From an uncultured Nitrososphaerota archaeon (lineage in GTDB: Archaea > Thermoproteota > EX4484-205 > JAAOZP01), in the NCBI GenBank assembly GCA_964416155.1, contig CAYQCW010000008.1, forward strand, positions 32,077 to 96,076: a DNA stretch of 64,000 nt, in the 5' to 3' direction. Positions 28,515 through 39,032 of the stretch are shown here, piece by piece. The first letter of the stretch is position 1, and each line of letters begins with the position of its first letter. A program made the position numbers and the translations under genes. The notes under the pieces are model-generated. The model saw only the letters and a program-made list of their open reading frames with translations, made no database searches and was not told where the DNA came from.

Positions 28515-29505
28515 TTAAAAAGCCTTTACATATTCCTCAGCGTTTTCAAGAGGCATGTTAACTATCACACCGTAGTATATGAATCCTCCGTCATGAGCCC
28601 CAGCGTGAATCTGGCCCGCAACATATTGCTCTATCAGGTTTTTAGGCATCTTCTCCAATCTACAGGTTGACGGCTGAGGTATTAGAGTCACCTTGCCCCC
28701 ATACTTCTCCTTCACAGAGGCAAGAACCATGTTTTCAGCCTCATCCAAAGGGTTTAAGCCGTCGAGCCCCGCGTCAACCAGCCTGTCTAGAATGAGGTTC
28801 AGATCACCATGGCTGTGGAGGAAAACGTAGGCCCCCAGCTTATGGTAGATCCTGCAAAGCTCACGGTCAAACGGTTCGAGAATCTCCCTGTAGAGTTTTG
28901 GCGACACGAAGGGGCCGTTACGATCCCCCGGTCGCCTGAAAGCCAGACAGCGTTAACACCTGTTTCCTCTATTATTTGCCTCGCCATTTCCGTAAGCATC
29001 TTAACTCCGAAACTGAGAACCTTTTTGGAAAAACCCGGGTTCATAACCATGTCTGTAAGAAAATGTTTAAAACCCTTAAAGAGTATGCTGCGAAGCCGAA
29101 GGGGCTCTCGCGACTTGTGAAGGTGAAGCGATCACTGTTTTTCTCAACATGCTCCCTGATTCTCTCAACATGTTTTCCAGATAATTCGAACCTTAGTTCT
29201 TCAAGCCTATCAAGATCCTCTGGCTTTGAGACAGCTGGCTTAACCAACTCCCTGTAACCATAATCCACTTTGTAAGAGACGCTATGCATGTCTCCGAAAA
29301 CGGATTCTAAAAGCCTGTGTTCAGAACCCTGCTCTGAAACCCTTGTCTCCGGAATGCTTCCTATGCCCACAAGGTCTTGGAGCATCTCTCTGGCTCTGAA
29401 AGTTTCTTGAAGCCGTCTGAGGCCGTCTGCCACAGCCCAGAGGCATGGAACCATGTCTGGCTCCTCATGATTAAGCGTAGTGAGCACACGGTCAACAGGC
29501 TTCAA
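28515..29505 (-). pseudogene. URO-D family protein, frameshifted in three pieces
   Basis: MKPVDRVLTTLNHEEPD start, then SGD, SPKLYRE and FLHSHGD pieces in different frames. Confidence 0.75.
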
Positions 29506-29539
29506 TTCTTGTCTACACTTCTTAATCCCGATTACTTGA

Positions 29540-30325
29540 TCAGAATGATTTAAGGAAGCTTAGGGTTCTTCTCAACTCCTCCTCAGGCTCGCCGGATACG
29601 CCGCACTCTAGGGTGAGATAATGCTTGTAGCCTCCTTCCCTCAGTATTCTGAGGGAACTGAAATCAGTATGCCCTCTTCCTGGCGTCAACCTGTTGCTGT
29701 CAGCAAGATGCACGTGAACAATCTTGTCAAGATGTTTCTTCAAGCTTAACCCGATGTCAGCCTCCTCAATACTCATGTGAAAATAGTCAGCCATTATCCT
29801 CACTTCGTCTAAGCCGATTTCTTCACAGAGCGAGGCGGCTTGAGAAAGCGTCTTGAGGAAGTGCGTCTCATACCTGTTAAGCGGCTCCACAATCACTATG
29901 CTTCCCACATCCCTCGCATACCTCCCAAGAATCCTGTATTCTTCTACAGCCAGCTTCCACTCCAGTTCAAACTTGTCTTTGAAAAGAGGAGAAAGGTCTG
30001 GAACAGTTGCCTCCCCGAAGACCGGTACAGTTATAACCCCTACTGCACCAAGCCTGTTAGCCCACTCAAGCCTCTCCTTTACCCCATTCAATGCTGCCTC
30101 CCTGTCTTCTTTCCTCGGAGAAAGCAGGCTTCCCGAGTATCCTGAACAAATAGTGCTCGCCTTAACCCTAGTAGTGGACAACGCTTCCAAAACATCCTTT
30201 AGAGCCCCGCCGAGCTCCTGTCTCCCCCAAAGCTCAATACCGTCATAACCATAGTTTTCGAGCCGCCTCAGCTTCTCCTCTAAGTTGGCACCGGGAACAA
30301 GATTCTCCTGGACTGAGAACTTCAT
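29540..30325 (-). CDS. Sugar phosphate isomerase/epimerase (D-psicose/tagatose 3-epimerase-like)
   Basis: VEPLNRYET, ADYFHM, HVHLADSNR, PGRGH, LEC. Confidence 0.88.
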   Translation of the reverse strand: MKFSVQENLVPGANLEEKLRRLENYGYDGIELWGRQELGGALKDVLEALSTTRVKASTICSGYSGSLLSPRKEDREAALNGVKERLEWANRLGAVGVITVPVFGEATVPDLSPLFKDKFELEWKLAVEEYRILGRYARDVGSIVIVEPLNRYETHFLKTLSQAASLCEEIGLDEVRIMADYFHMSIEEADIGLSLKKHLDKIVHVHLADSNRLTPGRGHTDFSSLRILREGGYKHYLTLECGVSGEPEEELRRTLSFLKSF

Positions 30326-30448
30326 TTGCCACTTCTACCTTCTCAGCTACTTTTTAACTTTACTTTCCATAAAAACACGATGCTGTTTAATTACTGCAAC
30401 ATGTTCTGCGAATGGAACATCGTCGGCAGCGTGCACAGACCCCATATT

Positions 30449-30691
30449 TTACCCGCCGCCCAGTGGCGGGAAAATTGCCAGAACATCCCCGTCTTTAACC
30501 TCCGGATTATCCCTAACTATTTTCTGGTTTAAGACAAGTATCGCCTCCTTATCAAGCTCAACCTCAGGATGTTTCGAAACTATTTCTCTAATAACCTCCT
30601 TAATGGTTGAGCCGGGTGAGAGCTCCAGCACCTCCTCGTACTTTCCCACAGCCTCCCTGTAGAAGGCGAAATACTTAACCAGAATCCTCAT
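30449..30691 (-). CDS. moaD: MoaD/ThiS/SAMP ubiquitin-like sulfur carrier
   Basis: VKYFAFYRE start and DGDVLAIFPPLGGG with C-terminal Gly-Gly. Divergent from an aor gene. Confidence 0.88.
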   Translation of the reverse strand: MRILVKYFAFYREAVGKYEEVLELSPGSTIKEVIREIVSKHPEVELDKEAILVLNQKIVRDNPEVKDGDVLAIFPPLGGG

Positions 30692-30791
30692 CCCGTTTCC
30701 TTCCAACCTCCTCATGCTTATATGTTTTTACCGAGTGTTTCCCACAGTATACTTATAAATACTTGCAAAACATGCTCCCCTGACCATTAAC

Positions 30792-32570
30792 ATGGCTGGC
30801 TGGATGGGCTCCATCGCCGAGGCAGACCTGTCTAGTTCAAAGATAACTTTTCGCGAATGGAACGAGGATGAGAAGCTCAGGTTTATCGGTGGAAGAGGAA
30901 TAGGAGCTAAAATCGTCTATGACAATGTTGATCCTGAAGTTGACCCTTTAAGCAAGGATAACGTGCTGGTTTTCGCGGTCGGGCCTCTTACGGCAACAGC
31001 TGCGCCGACATCAGGCAGGTTCTCAGTGTCAACCAAATCCCCGTTGACAGGCACGGTGTTCGACGCGAACTCTGGAGGGTTTTTCGCAACCAAGTTCAAA
31101 GCATGCGGTGTCGACGTGCTCGTAATTCGAGGGGCAGCTCAAAACCCAGTTATAATATACATGGATGATAAGGATATTCAGGTTCTGGACGGAGAAAAAT
31201 ACTGGGGCACGAGGGTATTTGAAGCCACGAGCATGTTGACTGAAAAGTTCGGGAAGGAAGCCAGAGTGGCGTGCATAGGCCCCGCTGGGGAAAACCTTGT
31301 GAGAATAGCGGGCATAATGAACGACTATTACAGGTCTGCTGCAAGAGGAGGCGTGGGTGCAGTAATGGGTTCGAAGAAGCTGAAAGCAATCGTTGCAAAA
31401 GGAAGTAAGACGGTTGAAATCGCCGACAGGGACAATTTTCTCTTCGTAGTGGGTGAATGCAACAGGGTTTTCGGCCAGAACCCCATCACGAGTAAAGCCC
31501 TACCTAGGTTTGGAACAGCGGTTCTCGTAAACCTTATGAACGAGCTTGGTGTGCTTCCGGCTAAAAACTTTCAAGCAGCCTTCCTGCCTGAGGCCAAGAA
31601 CATTGCTGGCGAAGAGATAACTAGGAGGCTGCTGGTTAAGCCTAAGGCGTGCTTCGGGTGCAGGATCGCCTGTGGCAGGGGAACCTGTGTAGACAGTGTT
31701 GAAGGCGAGGGGCCGGAGTACGAGACTGTCTACGCACTCGGATCATGCTGCCTGCTTTGGGATCTGGAGACAATCTGGAGGGCGAACCATTTATGCAACG
31801 ACCTTGGGCTAGACACTATTTCAACAGGCGTGACGATAGCCTGCGCGATGGAGCTTAGCGAGAAAGGCTTGATGCCTGAGAAGTTAAAATGGGGCGATGG
31901 GGGAAAGATCGTTGAGCTGATTGAGAAAACAGCTTACAGGAATGATTTAGGGAACGATCTTGCAGAGGGCTCGCGTAGGCTCTCCGAGAAATATGGGGAT
32001 CCAGACGCAGCCATGCAGGTTAAAGGCTTGGAGCTGCCCGCCTATGACCCGCGGGGTGCTAAAGGACAGGGATTAGCATATGCTACAAGCAACAGGGGAG
32101 GCTGCCATCTAAGGTCCTACATGATAGGCTTGGAAATACTGGGGGTTCCTAAGAGGATAGACAGGTTTTCGACAGTCAACAAGGCTGGCCTAGTAATATA
32201 CCAGCAGAATCTTTACGCAGCCATGGATACGCTTGTAGCCTGCAGGTTCACAGGATACGGGCTTGACGAAGAATACTACTCAAGGATGCTTTCAGCCGCA
32301 ACCGGCGTAAAGTATACGGCTGAAGACCTCATGCTCGTAGGCGAGAGAATATGGAACCTCGAGAGGCTTTTCAACATTAGGGAAGGGTTTAGCAGGAAGG
32401 ATGATACTCTTCCGAAGAGGTTTCTAAGCGAGTCCCTGGCCGATGGACCAACCAAGGGACAGGTTGTTGAACTCGACCGGATGCTTAACGAGTATTATAG
32501 GGCGAGGGGATGGGATAACGAGGGACGCCCAACCAAGAGAACGCTTGAGAAATTGGACTTGGATAGTTAG
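30792..32570 (+). CDS. aor: Aldehyde:ferredoxin oxidoreductase (W/Mo-pterin), second paralog
   Basis: KSPLTG, RGGVGAVMGSKKLKA, CFGCRIAC, GPEYET, GLDTIS, RGGCH, YYRARGW. Confidence 0.93.
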   Translation: MAGWMGSIAEADLSSSKITFREWNEDEKLRFIGGRGIGAKIVYDNVDPEVDPLSKDNVLVFAVGPLTATAAPTSGRFSVSTKSPLTGTVFDANSGGFFATKFKACGVDVLVIRGAAQNPVIIYMDDKDIQVLDGEKYWGTRVFEATSMLTEKFGKEARVACIGPAGENLVRIAGIMNDYYRSAARGGVGAVMGSKKLKAIVAKGSKTVEIADRDNFLFVVGECNRVFGQNPITSKALPRFGTAVLVNLMNELGVLPAKNFQAAFLPEAKNIAGEEITRRLLVKPKACFGCRIACGRGTCVDSVEGEGPEYETVYALGSCCLLWDLETIWRANHLCNDLGLDTISTGVTIACAMELSEKGLMPEKLKWGDGGKIVELIEKTAYRNDLGNDLAEGSRRLSEKYGDPDAAMQVKGLELPAYDPRGAKGQGLAYATSNRGGCHLRSYMIGLEILGVPKRIDRFSTVNKAGLVIYQQNLYAAMDTLVACRFTGYGLDEEYYSRMLSAATGVKYTAEDLMLVGERIWNLERLFNIREGFSRKDDTLPKRFLSESLADGPTKGQVVELDRMLNEYYRARGWDNEGRPTKRTLEKLDLDS

Positions 32571-32755
32571 AGCAGAGGGATTGAACTCGGAAATCATGTT
32601 TATAGAGGCAACAAGCTCGCTTCTGGGAAGTTGAGGTGATAGCTTTCTTTTCAAAAATGAATGAGTTTTCCATACGCACATATACGATTATTTTATATGC
32701 ATTAAAATAAAAAATAAATACTGGCTATGCCCAAATTCCCTAGGAGGCGGGAAGC

Positions 32756-32959
32756 GTGAAACCATTAGTAGATGCTCGTTTAAAGATCACCGGGGTAGTA
32801 GTGGTTCTTCTGCTACTTGGCTCCATCCTTATCATCGCCTCCCCATGGAGCAATGCGTTATGGTGTGGTGCCCTCTTTGTTCAAGTCTTTGCTGCACAGG
32901 CGGTTATTGGACATGTTATCCATGCCAAGGAGGAAACTGCTACATGCCACAGTGCATAG
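32756..32959 (+). CDS. Small hydrophobic hypothetical protein
   Basis: GGAGG upstream of a GTG start; two predicted TM helices. Confidence 0.4.
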   Translation: MKPLVDARLKITGVVVVLLLLGSILIIASPWSNALWCGALFVQVFAAQAVIGHVIHAKEETATCHSA

Positions 32960-32986
32960 GATGCCCCGGATGCGGAGGGTGAGACG

Positions 32987-33388
32987 ATGTGTAGAAATAA
33001 ATATTTTTCAATGAAATTCAGAATATCGCTTTGGTCGGTAGGACTTATTTTTACTGTTCTGGCAATCGGCATAACGTATCATTTCTTGAATCAGACATTT
33101 GCAAGCTTGCTTTTCCTTGGATCTTGTTTAAGTTTCGCCGTCGCATATTTTCTCGGAATATGTATAGAGCAATTTAACTTTAAAAACAGAATCGTATTGT
33201 CATTTTCCATCTCATTCATGTTCCTATGCGTCATGCTGATGATTTATTCTCAGCTCCTCTATTTTACTGATCGACTCGTATGGCCTATGCCTTATGTAAT
33301 TGCACTAATATGGGCATTTTTCTTGCTTCCTTCTTTCTGGTCTTTTACATATTGCTTACTCAAGGCATATTCTAAAAGAAATGTTTGA
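32987..33388 (+). CDS. AT-rich 4-TM hypothetical membrane protein
   Basis: GGGTGA upstream of ATG; four hydrophobic stretches. Confidence 0.55.
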   Translation: MCRNKYFSMKFRISLWSVGLIFTVLAIGITYHFLNQTFASLLFLGSCLSFAVAYFLGICIEQFNFKNRIVLSFSISFMFLCVMLMIYSQLLYFTDRLVWPMPYVIALIWAFFLLPSFWSFTYCLLKAYSKRNV

Positions 33389-33428
33389 AGAATTGATTAC
33401 TAAACATTACAAGAAATTCAAATATTCC

Positions 33429-33438
33429 AGCGCGCGCT
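33429..33438. repeat. Intergenic GC palindrome AGCGCGCGCT
   Basis: Perfect 10-bp palindrome in an AT-rich spacer; variant AGCGTGCGTG at 33549. Confidence 0.6.
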
Positions 33439-33734
33439 CTACATAGAACTGTTGCTAATTGACACTTTTCTTCGTCTTAATGTTCCTTTCCCTAACCATC
33501 TTCATTATTGTAGCCTGTCAAGCCAAATCTCCTTAGAGATAAAAAAATAGCGTGCGTGAAACTACGATAGGTTCGGATGTTATTGCACAGCATCTTAGTC
33601 TGTTATCGTTTTTGGATCCCGAGCTAAGATTAATTCCGGCAGGCCTGCTGTAAAACAAGAAAAATGGGACGAGAGAGCTACATAATGATGCCCAGAGTCT
33701 TTAAATACTTTAATGGGGAGGAAGATTAAGAAAG

Positions 33735-34349
33735 TTGGACTCAGGTAGTGTAAGCGAGGTTTGGAGGGAGATAAGCAAGTATGGTAAGAAGCTTTTCGAC
33801 AAAGGCTACATGGTCAGCCACAGTGGAAACATAAGCGTTAGAGTAGGCGACAAGATGTATATTAAGAGGAGGGGCGCGGCTGCCGACGAGGTAGGGCCGG
33901 AGGACGTCGTTGAAGTAGACCTTTTCGAGGAGGATAGTTCCATACTGCTAAGCTCCTCCGAGACCATGGTTCACAGGACCATCTACCTCAATACTTCAGC
34001 CTTGGCCGTTGTGCACGCGCACCCTCCCTACTCAATAGTCTGCTCACTGATTTTCGACGAGATAATCCCGATGGATGCTGAAGGAGACTACGTGCTTAGG
34101 AAGATACCCGTGCTGGTTGTCAAAGAGGTGAGTGGCTCCAAGGAGCTTGAGGAAAAGGTTTCTGAGGCACTTAAGCATTACAAGGGGGTTGTGGTGAGAG
34201 GGCATGGAACATTCGCCGCGGCTAAGCTCCTGGAAGAGGCTTACCACGTCACCTGTATGATTGAGGCTTCCTCTCAGATCCGGTATCTTGTGCACACGTC
34301 CGGCATCCCGCCTAAGAGAGATAAGACCGCTGAATTCGCCAGATGGTGA
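33735..34349 (+). CDS. Class II aldolase/adducin family (FucA/MtnB-like)
   Basis: SGNISVR, SSETMVH, VVHAH, RGHG. Confidence 0.88.
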   Translation: MDSGSVSEVWREISKYGKKLFDKGYMVSHSGNISVRVGDKMYIKRRGAAADEVGPEDVVEVDLFEEDSSILLSSSETMVHRTIYLNTSALAVVHAHPPYSIVCSLIFDEIIPMDAEGDYVLRKIPVLVVKEVSGSKELEEKVSEALKHYKGVVVRGHGTFAAAKLLEEAYHVTCMIEASSQIRYLVHTSGIPPKRDKTAEFARW

Positions 34350-34382
34350 CATAGACAGCTAAACCGCATAGGAAAAACGCTG

Positions 34383-35651
34383 CTAACACTTATCGGGAAG
34401 AGGTATTGCGGAGGGGCCGTCAGGGAGAAGAGTTATTCTCCCCCGGGGCTTAAGGCTAAGAGCGATTTCTAAACCCTCCTTCAGGTTTTTCGCATGCGTC
34501 ATGTGCATGGATTCAACTGTTTTCAAATCCACACCTCTTGAAACAACTACCACGCGAAACCTCTCTAAGACTTTCGCCAAAACCTGTGCCTCCCATTGTG
34601 CCTCCCTCCATATTTCTCCAGACCTAAGCCTACTTAGGAACTCGCCCGGGCTGCTTGAGGAGGCAAGCATCTCGTAGAACCCTTGGTGCCCAACCCCGTC
34701 TATGCATTCGCCACAAGCCACGATTACACCGCCCTCCCTAGCTGTTAGGGCGCCGTTTGAAATACCTTTAACAAGCTGGTAAAGGTTTCGGTCTAAAGGA
34801 TAGCCTCCGTTTGAAGTTATCACTATATCTCCTGGAACCGGTTTTACACCGCAACATTTTAAAGCGAAAACACGGCCAATCCTATGCGCCTCAACCGCGT
34901 CGCCTGCGAAGGCTGAAAGAATCCTCTTACACCCGTCTAACACGACGTTCAGAATGAAGCGGAGTTTCGCCATGCGTGCTGCCTCCAGCATCTCCTCGTA
35001 TATAGGGTTTCCCTCAGCAACCCCGCATCTCGCTTTCGGGTGATCAATGTTTCTCGGAGAATGATTGTTCATTATAGTCTCAACCCCTGAGACACCGGGG
35101 AGAATGCTCTTCGGCCCACCGGTGAATCCTGCGAAGAAGTGGCCCTCAATATATCCTTCAGCAACCACCAGGTCGGCCTCTTTTAAAAGAGTGTTTACGT
35201 AAAGCGTGTTTCCTGTTGATAACGATCCGAGGTTCTCTAGCGAGCCGATGTTTTTAGCCGAGTGAATGACAAACTCCTCAAAATAGTCCAGCGCCTGACC
35301 GAACTTCTCTTTCAACTCGCTCCCGCTGGGAGACCATTCGTGCAGCCCGGTAGCCACTAGCAGCCTTATTGAAGCCTGTGGAGACTCCTTCCTCATTTTT
35401 GCGACAAGCATTGGAAGAGTAGTTTTACTTGGGACTGGTCTAGTGTTATCACTACTAATTATTAGAATCCTGCCTGCCTTCTCAGCGAGCTCGGCGAGGC
35501 TTTCAGAGCCTATTGGGTTTGATAACGCGCTCTCAACGCAAAAATCAGGTTCAGCAGGCTTGGGCCAAGATGGCTCAAGATGGGCCTGAATCCTAGAATC
35601 CTCAATCTCACACTCTTCAAAGCCCCTGCCGAAAGGTATCTTAACCAGCAT
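34383..35651 (-). CDS. larA: Nickel-pincer-dependent lactate racemase family (LarA)
   Basis: SDNTRP, ATGLH, HFFAGFTGGPKSILPG, GGYPLDRNLYQLVKG. Confidence 0.88.
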   Translation of the reverse strand: MLVKIPFGRGFEECEIEDSRIQAHLEPSWPKPAEPDFCVESALSNPIGSESLAELAEKAGRILIISSDNTRPVPSKTTLPMLVAKMRKESPQASIRLLVATGLHEWSPSGSELKEKFGQALDYFEEFVIHSAKNIGSLENLGSLSTGNTLYVNTLLKEADLVVAEGYIEGHFFAGFTGGPKSILPGVSGVETIMNNHSPRNIDHPKARCGVAEGNPIYEEMLEAARMAKLRFILNVVLDGCKRILSAFAGDAVEAHRIGRVFALKCCGVKPVPGDIVITSNGGYPLDRNLYQLVKGISNGALTAREGGVIVACGECIDGVGHQGFYEMLASSSSPGEFLSRLRSGEIWREAQWEAQVLAKVLERFRVVVVSRGVDLKTVESMHMTHAKNLKEGLEIALSLKPRGRITLLPDGPSAIPLPDKC

Positions 35652-35695
35652 GACACCTATTTTTTTCAAGGGTTTATATCTTTAATCATCATCCA

Positions 35696-35707
35696 TAGCG
35701 CGTGCTA
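35696..35707. repeat. Intergenic palindrome variant TAGCGCGTGCTA
   Basis: Between divergent larA and padR. Confidence 0.5.
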
Positions 35708-35792
35708 AAACTTTAGGAATGAGGGCTTTAAAGAGAGTACTAAGTGCCAAAGGTAGCTCGAGAGCTAGGCTGAACTCGTTGAAATAGGGAAA

Positions 35793-35818
35793 AGTTTATA
35801 TATCGTCATCGATATCGA
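35793..35818 (+). promoter_or_regulatory. TATA box plus palindromic operator upstream of padR
   Basis: AAAGTTTATATA followed by ATATCG-TCAT-CGATAT (35800-35815) and TCGATATCGA (35809-35818), just before the ATG at 35826. Confidence 0.55.
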
Positions 35819-35825
35819 CAGTGAC

Positions 35826-36362
35826 ATGTTTAGACACTGGATGAGGCACATGGCTTACGCACCGAAGGGTCTTCTAAGATATTTAGTTTTAGAAAAGCTT
35901 AGTGATAAGCCGATGTCCGGTTCTGAAATAATGGATAGGATTGAGGAGGAAAGCCATGGGGCTTGGAGGCCGAGTCCAGGCTCAATCTATCCCCTGCTCA
36001 CATGGCTACAGGAAAAAGGGTTCATAAAGGCTCTTCCAAGAGACGAGACAGGGGTTAAACGCTACGAGTTGACCGATAAGGGTAGAAAACTCCTTGAGGA
36101 GAAGGGTAAGATAAGGGAAAGGCTTGTTGAAAGAATGGTTTCTTTCCCCCTCCTACTTCCACCACCTCCTTTCGTCGGCAGGTTTACGGAGGATCGACTT
36201 GGTGAGCTTCATGAGCCTATTAAACGTCTTTTCGCCGCCTTCAGGGAATTCATGATTCTTTCAAGAGACAAGGCGACTAAGGAGGATCTTGCAGAAGCAG
36301 GCAGGGTGCTTGAGGAAGCCGCTGAGAAAATAGAGGAATTAAACAGGAAGCTTGAGAGGTAG
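35826..36362 (+). CDS. PadR family transcriptional regulator
   Basis: WRPSPGSIYPLL and YELTDKG winged-helix motifs. Confidence 0.92.
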   Translation: MFRHWMRHMAYAPKGLLRYLVLEKLSDKPMSGSEIMDRIEEESHGAWRPSPGSIYPLLTWLQEKGFIKALPRDETGVKRYELTDKGRKLLEEKGKIRERLVERMVSFPLLLPPPPFVGRFTEDRLGELHEPIKRLFAAFREFMILSRDKATKEDLAEAGRVLEEAAEKIEELNRKLER

Positions 36363-36369
36363 ATTCAGA

Positions 36370-37374
36370 ATGTCCGAGGAAGTCATAGTTGCTAGAGGTC
36401 TTACTAAGGTTTTCAACAGGAATCTGGTTGCAGTCGACCATGTAAGCTTCAGCGTTAAACACGGCGAAATCTTTGGTTTCCTTGGTCCTAACGGCGCCGG
36501 TAAGACAACCACCATAAATATGCTGATAACTGTTTTAAGGCCGACAGAAGGCGCGGCCTCAATTCTAGGATACGACGTTGTGAAGCAGGCTAACGCGGTT
36601 AGAAAAGCTATAGGCGTTGTTCCACAAGAGTACACGGCAGACGAGGATTTAACAGGCTACGAGAACATAATTCTATGCGCAGACCTCTACGGCATTCCAC
36701 GCGAAGTCTCGAAGAAGAGGGCTGTTGAACTTCTGGAGCTCGTTGAGCTCACCAGCTTCAAAGATAAGAAGGTCGAAACCTATTCCGGAGGGATGAGGCG
36801 GAGGCTCGAGCTAGCATGCGGCCTGATAAACAGGCCGAGAGTTCTTTTCCTAGATGAGCCGACTCTCGGTTTAGACGTCCAAACTAGGGCTGCAACATGG
36901 AACTACATTAAGCGGTTGAAAGAGGAATACGACATGACTATTTTCATGACGACACACTACTTGGAGGAGGCTGACACCCTGTGCGACCGCATAGCAATAA
37001 TTGACTATGGGAAAATCATCGTAACCGGAGACCCTGAAGAATTGAAGCATAGTTTAGGCGGCGATATCATAACAATAAGCTTAAAGGAGGATGCTGACAT
37101 CAGTGATGTAATCCGTAGCGTTGAAAACGTTAAGGAGGTTAGAAACGAGAACGGCTCCTACAGGATCAAGGTGGAGTCTGGGGAGGTAACGGCTCCTCTA
37201 GTAATTGAGGCTCTCAGAAGGAATGGTTACACTGTGACAAGGCTTTCGCTTACAGAACCCACTTTAAACGATGTTTACCTAGAATACACCGGCAGGTCTA
37301 TGCGCGACACGGAGGAGTCTAAAGAGGCTTTTCGAAGCCAGAGGATGACTATCAGGAGGGCGAGGGCAAGATGA
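36370..37374 (+). CDS. ABC exporter ATP-binding protein (DrrA-like)
   Basis: GPNGAGKTT, YSGGMRRRL, LFLDEPTLGLD, TTHY. Confidence 0.93.
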   Translation: MSEEVIVARGLTKVFNRNLVAVDHVSFSVKHGEIFGFLGPNGAGKTTTINMLITVLRPTEGAASILGYDVVKQANAVRKAIGVVPQEYTADEDLTGYENIILCADLYGIPREVSKKRAVELLELVELTSFKDKKVETYSGGMRRRLELACGLINRPRVLFLDEPTLGLDVQTRAATWNYIKRLKEEYDMTIFMTTHYLEEADTLCDRIAIIDYGKIIVTGDPEELKHSLGGDIITISLKEDADISDVIRSVENVKEVRNENGSYRIKVESGEVTAPLVIEALRRNGYTVTRLSLTEPTLNDVYLEYTGRSMRDTEESKEAFRSQRMTIRRARAR

Positions 37375-38330
37375 GCAGGGTGAACGAGTATCATCCGAGC
37401 CTTCTCCGCGGCCTGTGGGCTTTAACCGTCAGAGAGCTTAAAAAATGGTTAAACGACCCCATAATGCTTCTAATGCTCGTAATCCAGCCTTTAATCTGGA
37501 TGGGGCTTCTGGGGAAGTCGATGAACTTGGGCGCAATGTTCTCAGCAAGCAACCTGGCCAACATGGAGGTTCCGGAGAAAATTCCGATACCTGGAAACTA
37601 CGTGATCCCTCCGGCTAACGGAGTGATATATGTTAGCGGCACCATGGTTTCCCAAATAATCCGACAGACTGTTTCAGATATTGGTGCGAACGTTATGAGG
37701 AATGTTTTCGGAGTAACGGATTACTTCAGCTACATGTCCATCGGCATGATATCAATGATAGTTATGACAACAACGATGTTCAGCGGGATGTCTATAGTTT
37801 GGGATAGGCGCCTAGGGTTTCTGGATAAAGTTTTGAGCACGCCTGTGCCGCGCGGGGCAATAATCTTTTCAAAGGTTCTTAACGCGACTTTAAGAGCGAT
37901 GCTTCAGGCTACGATAATCCTTACTCTCGCAACAATATTCGGGTTGCAGCTGAGCCCAAGCTTCACCCCGCTTAACATATTTGGGGTTTACGCGGCAATA
38001 TTCCTTCTTAGCGTAGGGCTTTCATCGGTTTTCCTAGCATTCTCCCTAAGATCAACTAAGTTGGAGAGGCCCATGCAATTCATAAGTTTAATCACTATGC
38101 CTCTGATGTTTGCAAGCAACACTTTATTCCCGATCACTTTAATGCCGGACTGGTTGCAGGCAGTGGCTTATGTAAACCCGCTTAGCTATCTGACAGACGC
38201 TTTAAGACAGTTGACAATCCTGACTTTAGACCCTTCTAGACTTATCGCCGACTTCATGCACCTGGGTTTCTTCGCCGCCGTGCTTTCTTCAATAGGGATA
38301 CTGCTTTCCTGGAAGTATCTGTCCAAGTAG
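37371..38330 (+). CDS. ABC-2 type permease (DrrB-like)
   Basis: RELKKW, DRRLGFLDKVLSTP, MPDWLQAVAYVNPLSY. Confidence 0.9.
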   Translation: MSRVNEYHPSLLRGLWALTVRELKKWLNDPIMLLMLVIQPLIWMGLLGKSMNLGAMFSASNLANMEVPEKIPIPGNYVIPPANGVIYVSGTMVSQIIRQTVSDIGANVMRNVFGVTDYFSYMSIGMISMIVMTTTMFSGMSIVWDRRLGFLDKVLSTPVPRGAIIFSKVLNATLRAMLQATIILTLATIFGLQLSPSFTPLNIFGVYAAIFLLSVGLSSVFLAFSLRSTKLERPMQFISLITMPLMFASNTLFPITLMPDWLQAVAYVNPLSYLTDALRQLTILTLDPSRLIADFMHLGFFAAVLSSIGILLSWKYLSK

Positions 38331-38344
38331 GATGGGGTTGAAAA

Positions 38345-39031
38345 ATGGCTAAGACCATCATTAAAAGTGTTGACCTGAGAAAAACCTACATGCAGGGCAA
38401 GATTCCAGTCGAGGCTCTCTGCGGCGTAAACCTTGAAGTGGAGGAGGGCGAGTTTCTCTCAGTGCTGGGGCCTTCAGGAAGTGGAAAGTCGACTCTTCTA
38501 AACCTGATAGGAGCTTTAGACAAGCCGACTGGTGGAAGGCTTTTCATCGAAAACACTGATGTGTCAACCCTGAATGATAATCAGCTTGCGGATTTAAGGA
38601 TGAAAATAGGTTTCGTCTTCCAATTCTTCAACCTTATTCCGAGGTTCGCAGCAAGGGAGAACGTTGAACTACCAATGTCGATAGCCGGCTTAAGCAAGGG
38701 TGAGAGGAGAAAACGTGCTGAGGAACTCTTGCAGATGGTTGGTTTAGCGAGCAGGATGAATCATAAGCCGACGGAGCTCAGCGGGGGTGAGCAGCAACGC
38801 GTCGCGATCGCCAGAGCTCTAGCCAACAACCCTAAATTCCTGCTTATGGATGAACCCACTGGAAACATAGATTCTAAAAACACTTATGAAATAATAAGGC
38901 TCGTAAAGAAGCTTAACGAGGATAAGGGTGTAACAATAATAATGGTTACCCATGATCAGCGTCTGGCTGCGGAGGCTAAGAGAATAGTGTACATGCTTGA
39001 CGGCATGATTGTCAGGGAGACGGTGAGTTGA
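38345..39031 (+). CDS. MacB/LolD-type ABC ATP-binding protein
   Basis: [46 protein letters not shown]. Confidence 0.93.
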   Translation: MAKTIIKSVDLRKTYMQGKIPVEALCGVNLEVEEGEFLSVLGPSGSGKSTLLNLIGALDKPTGGRLFIENTDVSTLNDNQLADLRMKIGFVFQFFNLIPRFAARENVELPMSIAGLSKGERRKRAEELLQMVGLASRMNHKPTELSGGEQQRVAIARALANNPKFLLMDEPTGNIDSKNTYEIIRLVKKLNEDKGVTIIMVTHDQRLAAEAKRIVYMLDGMIVRETVS

Positions 39032-39032
39032 A

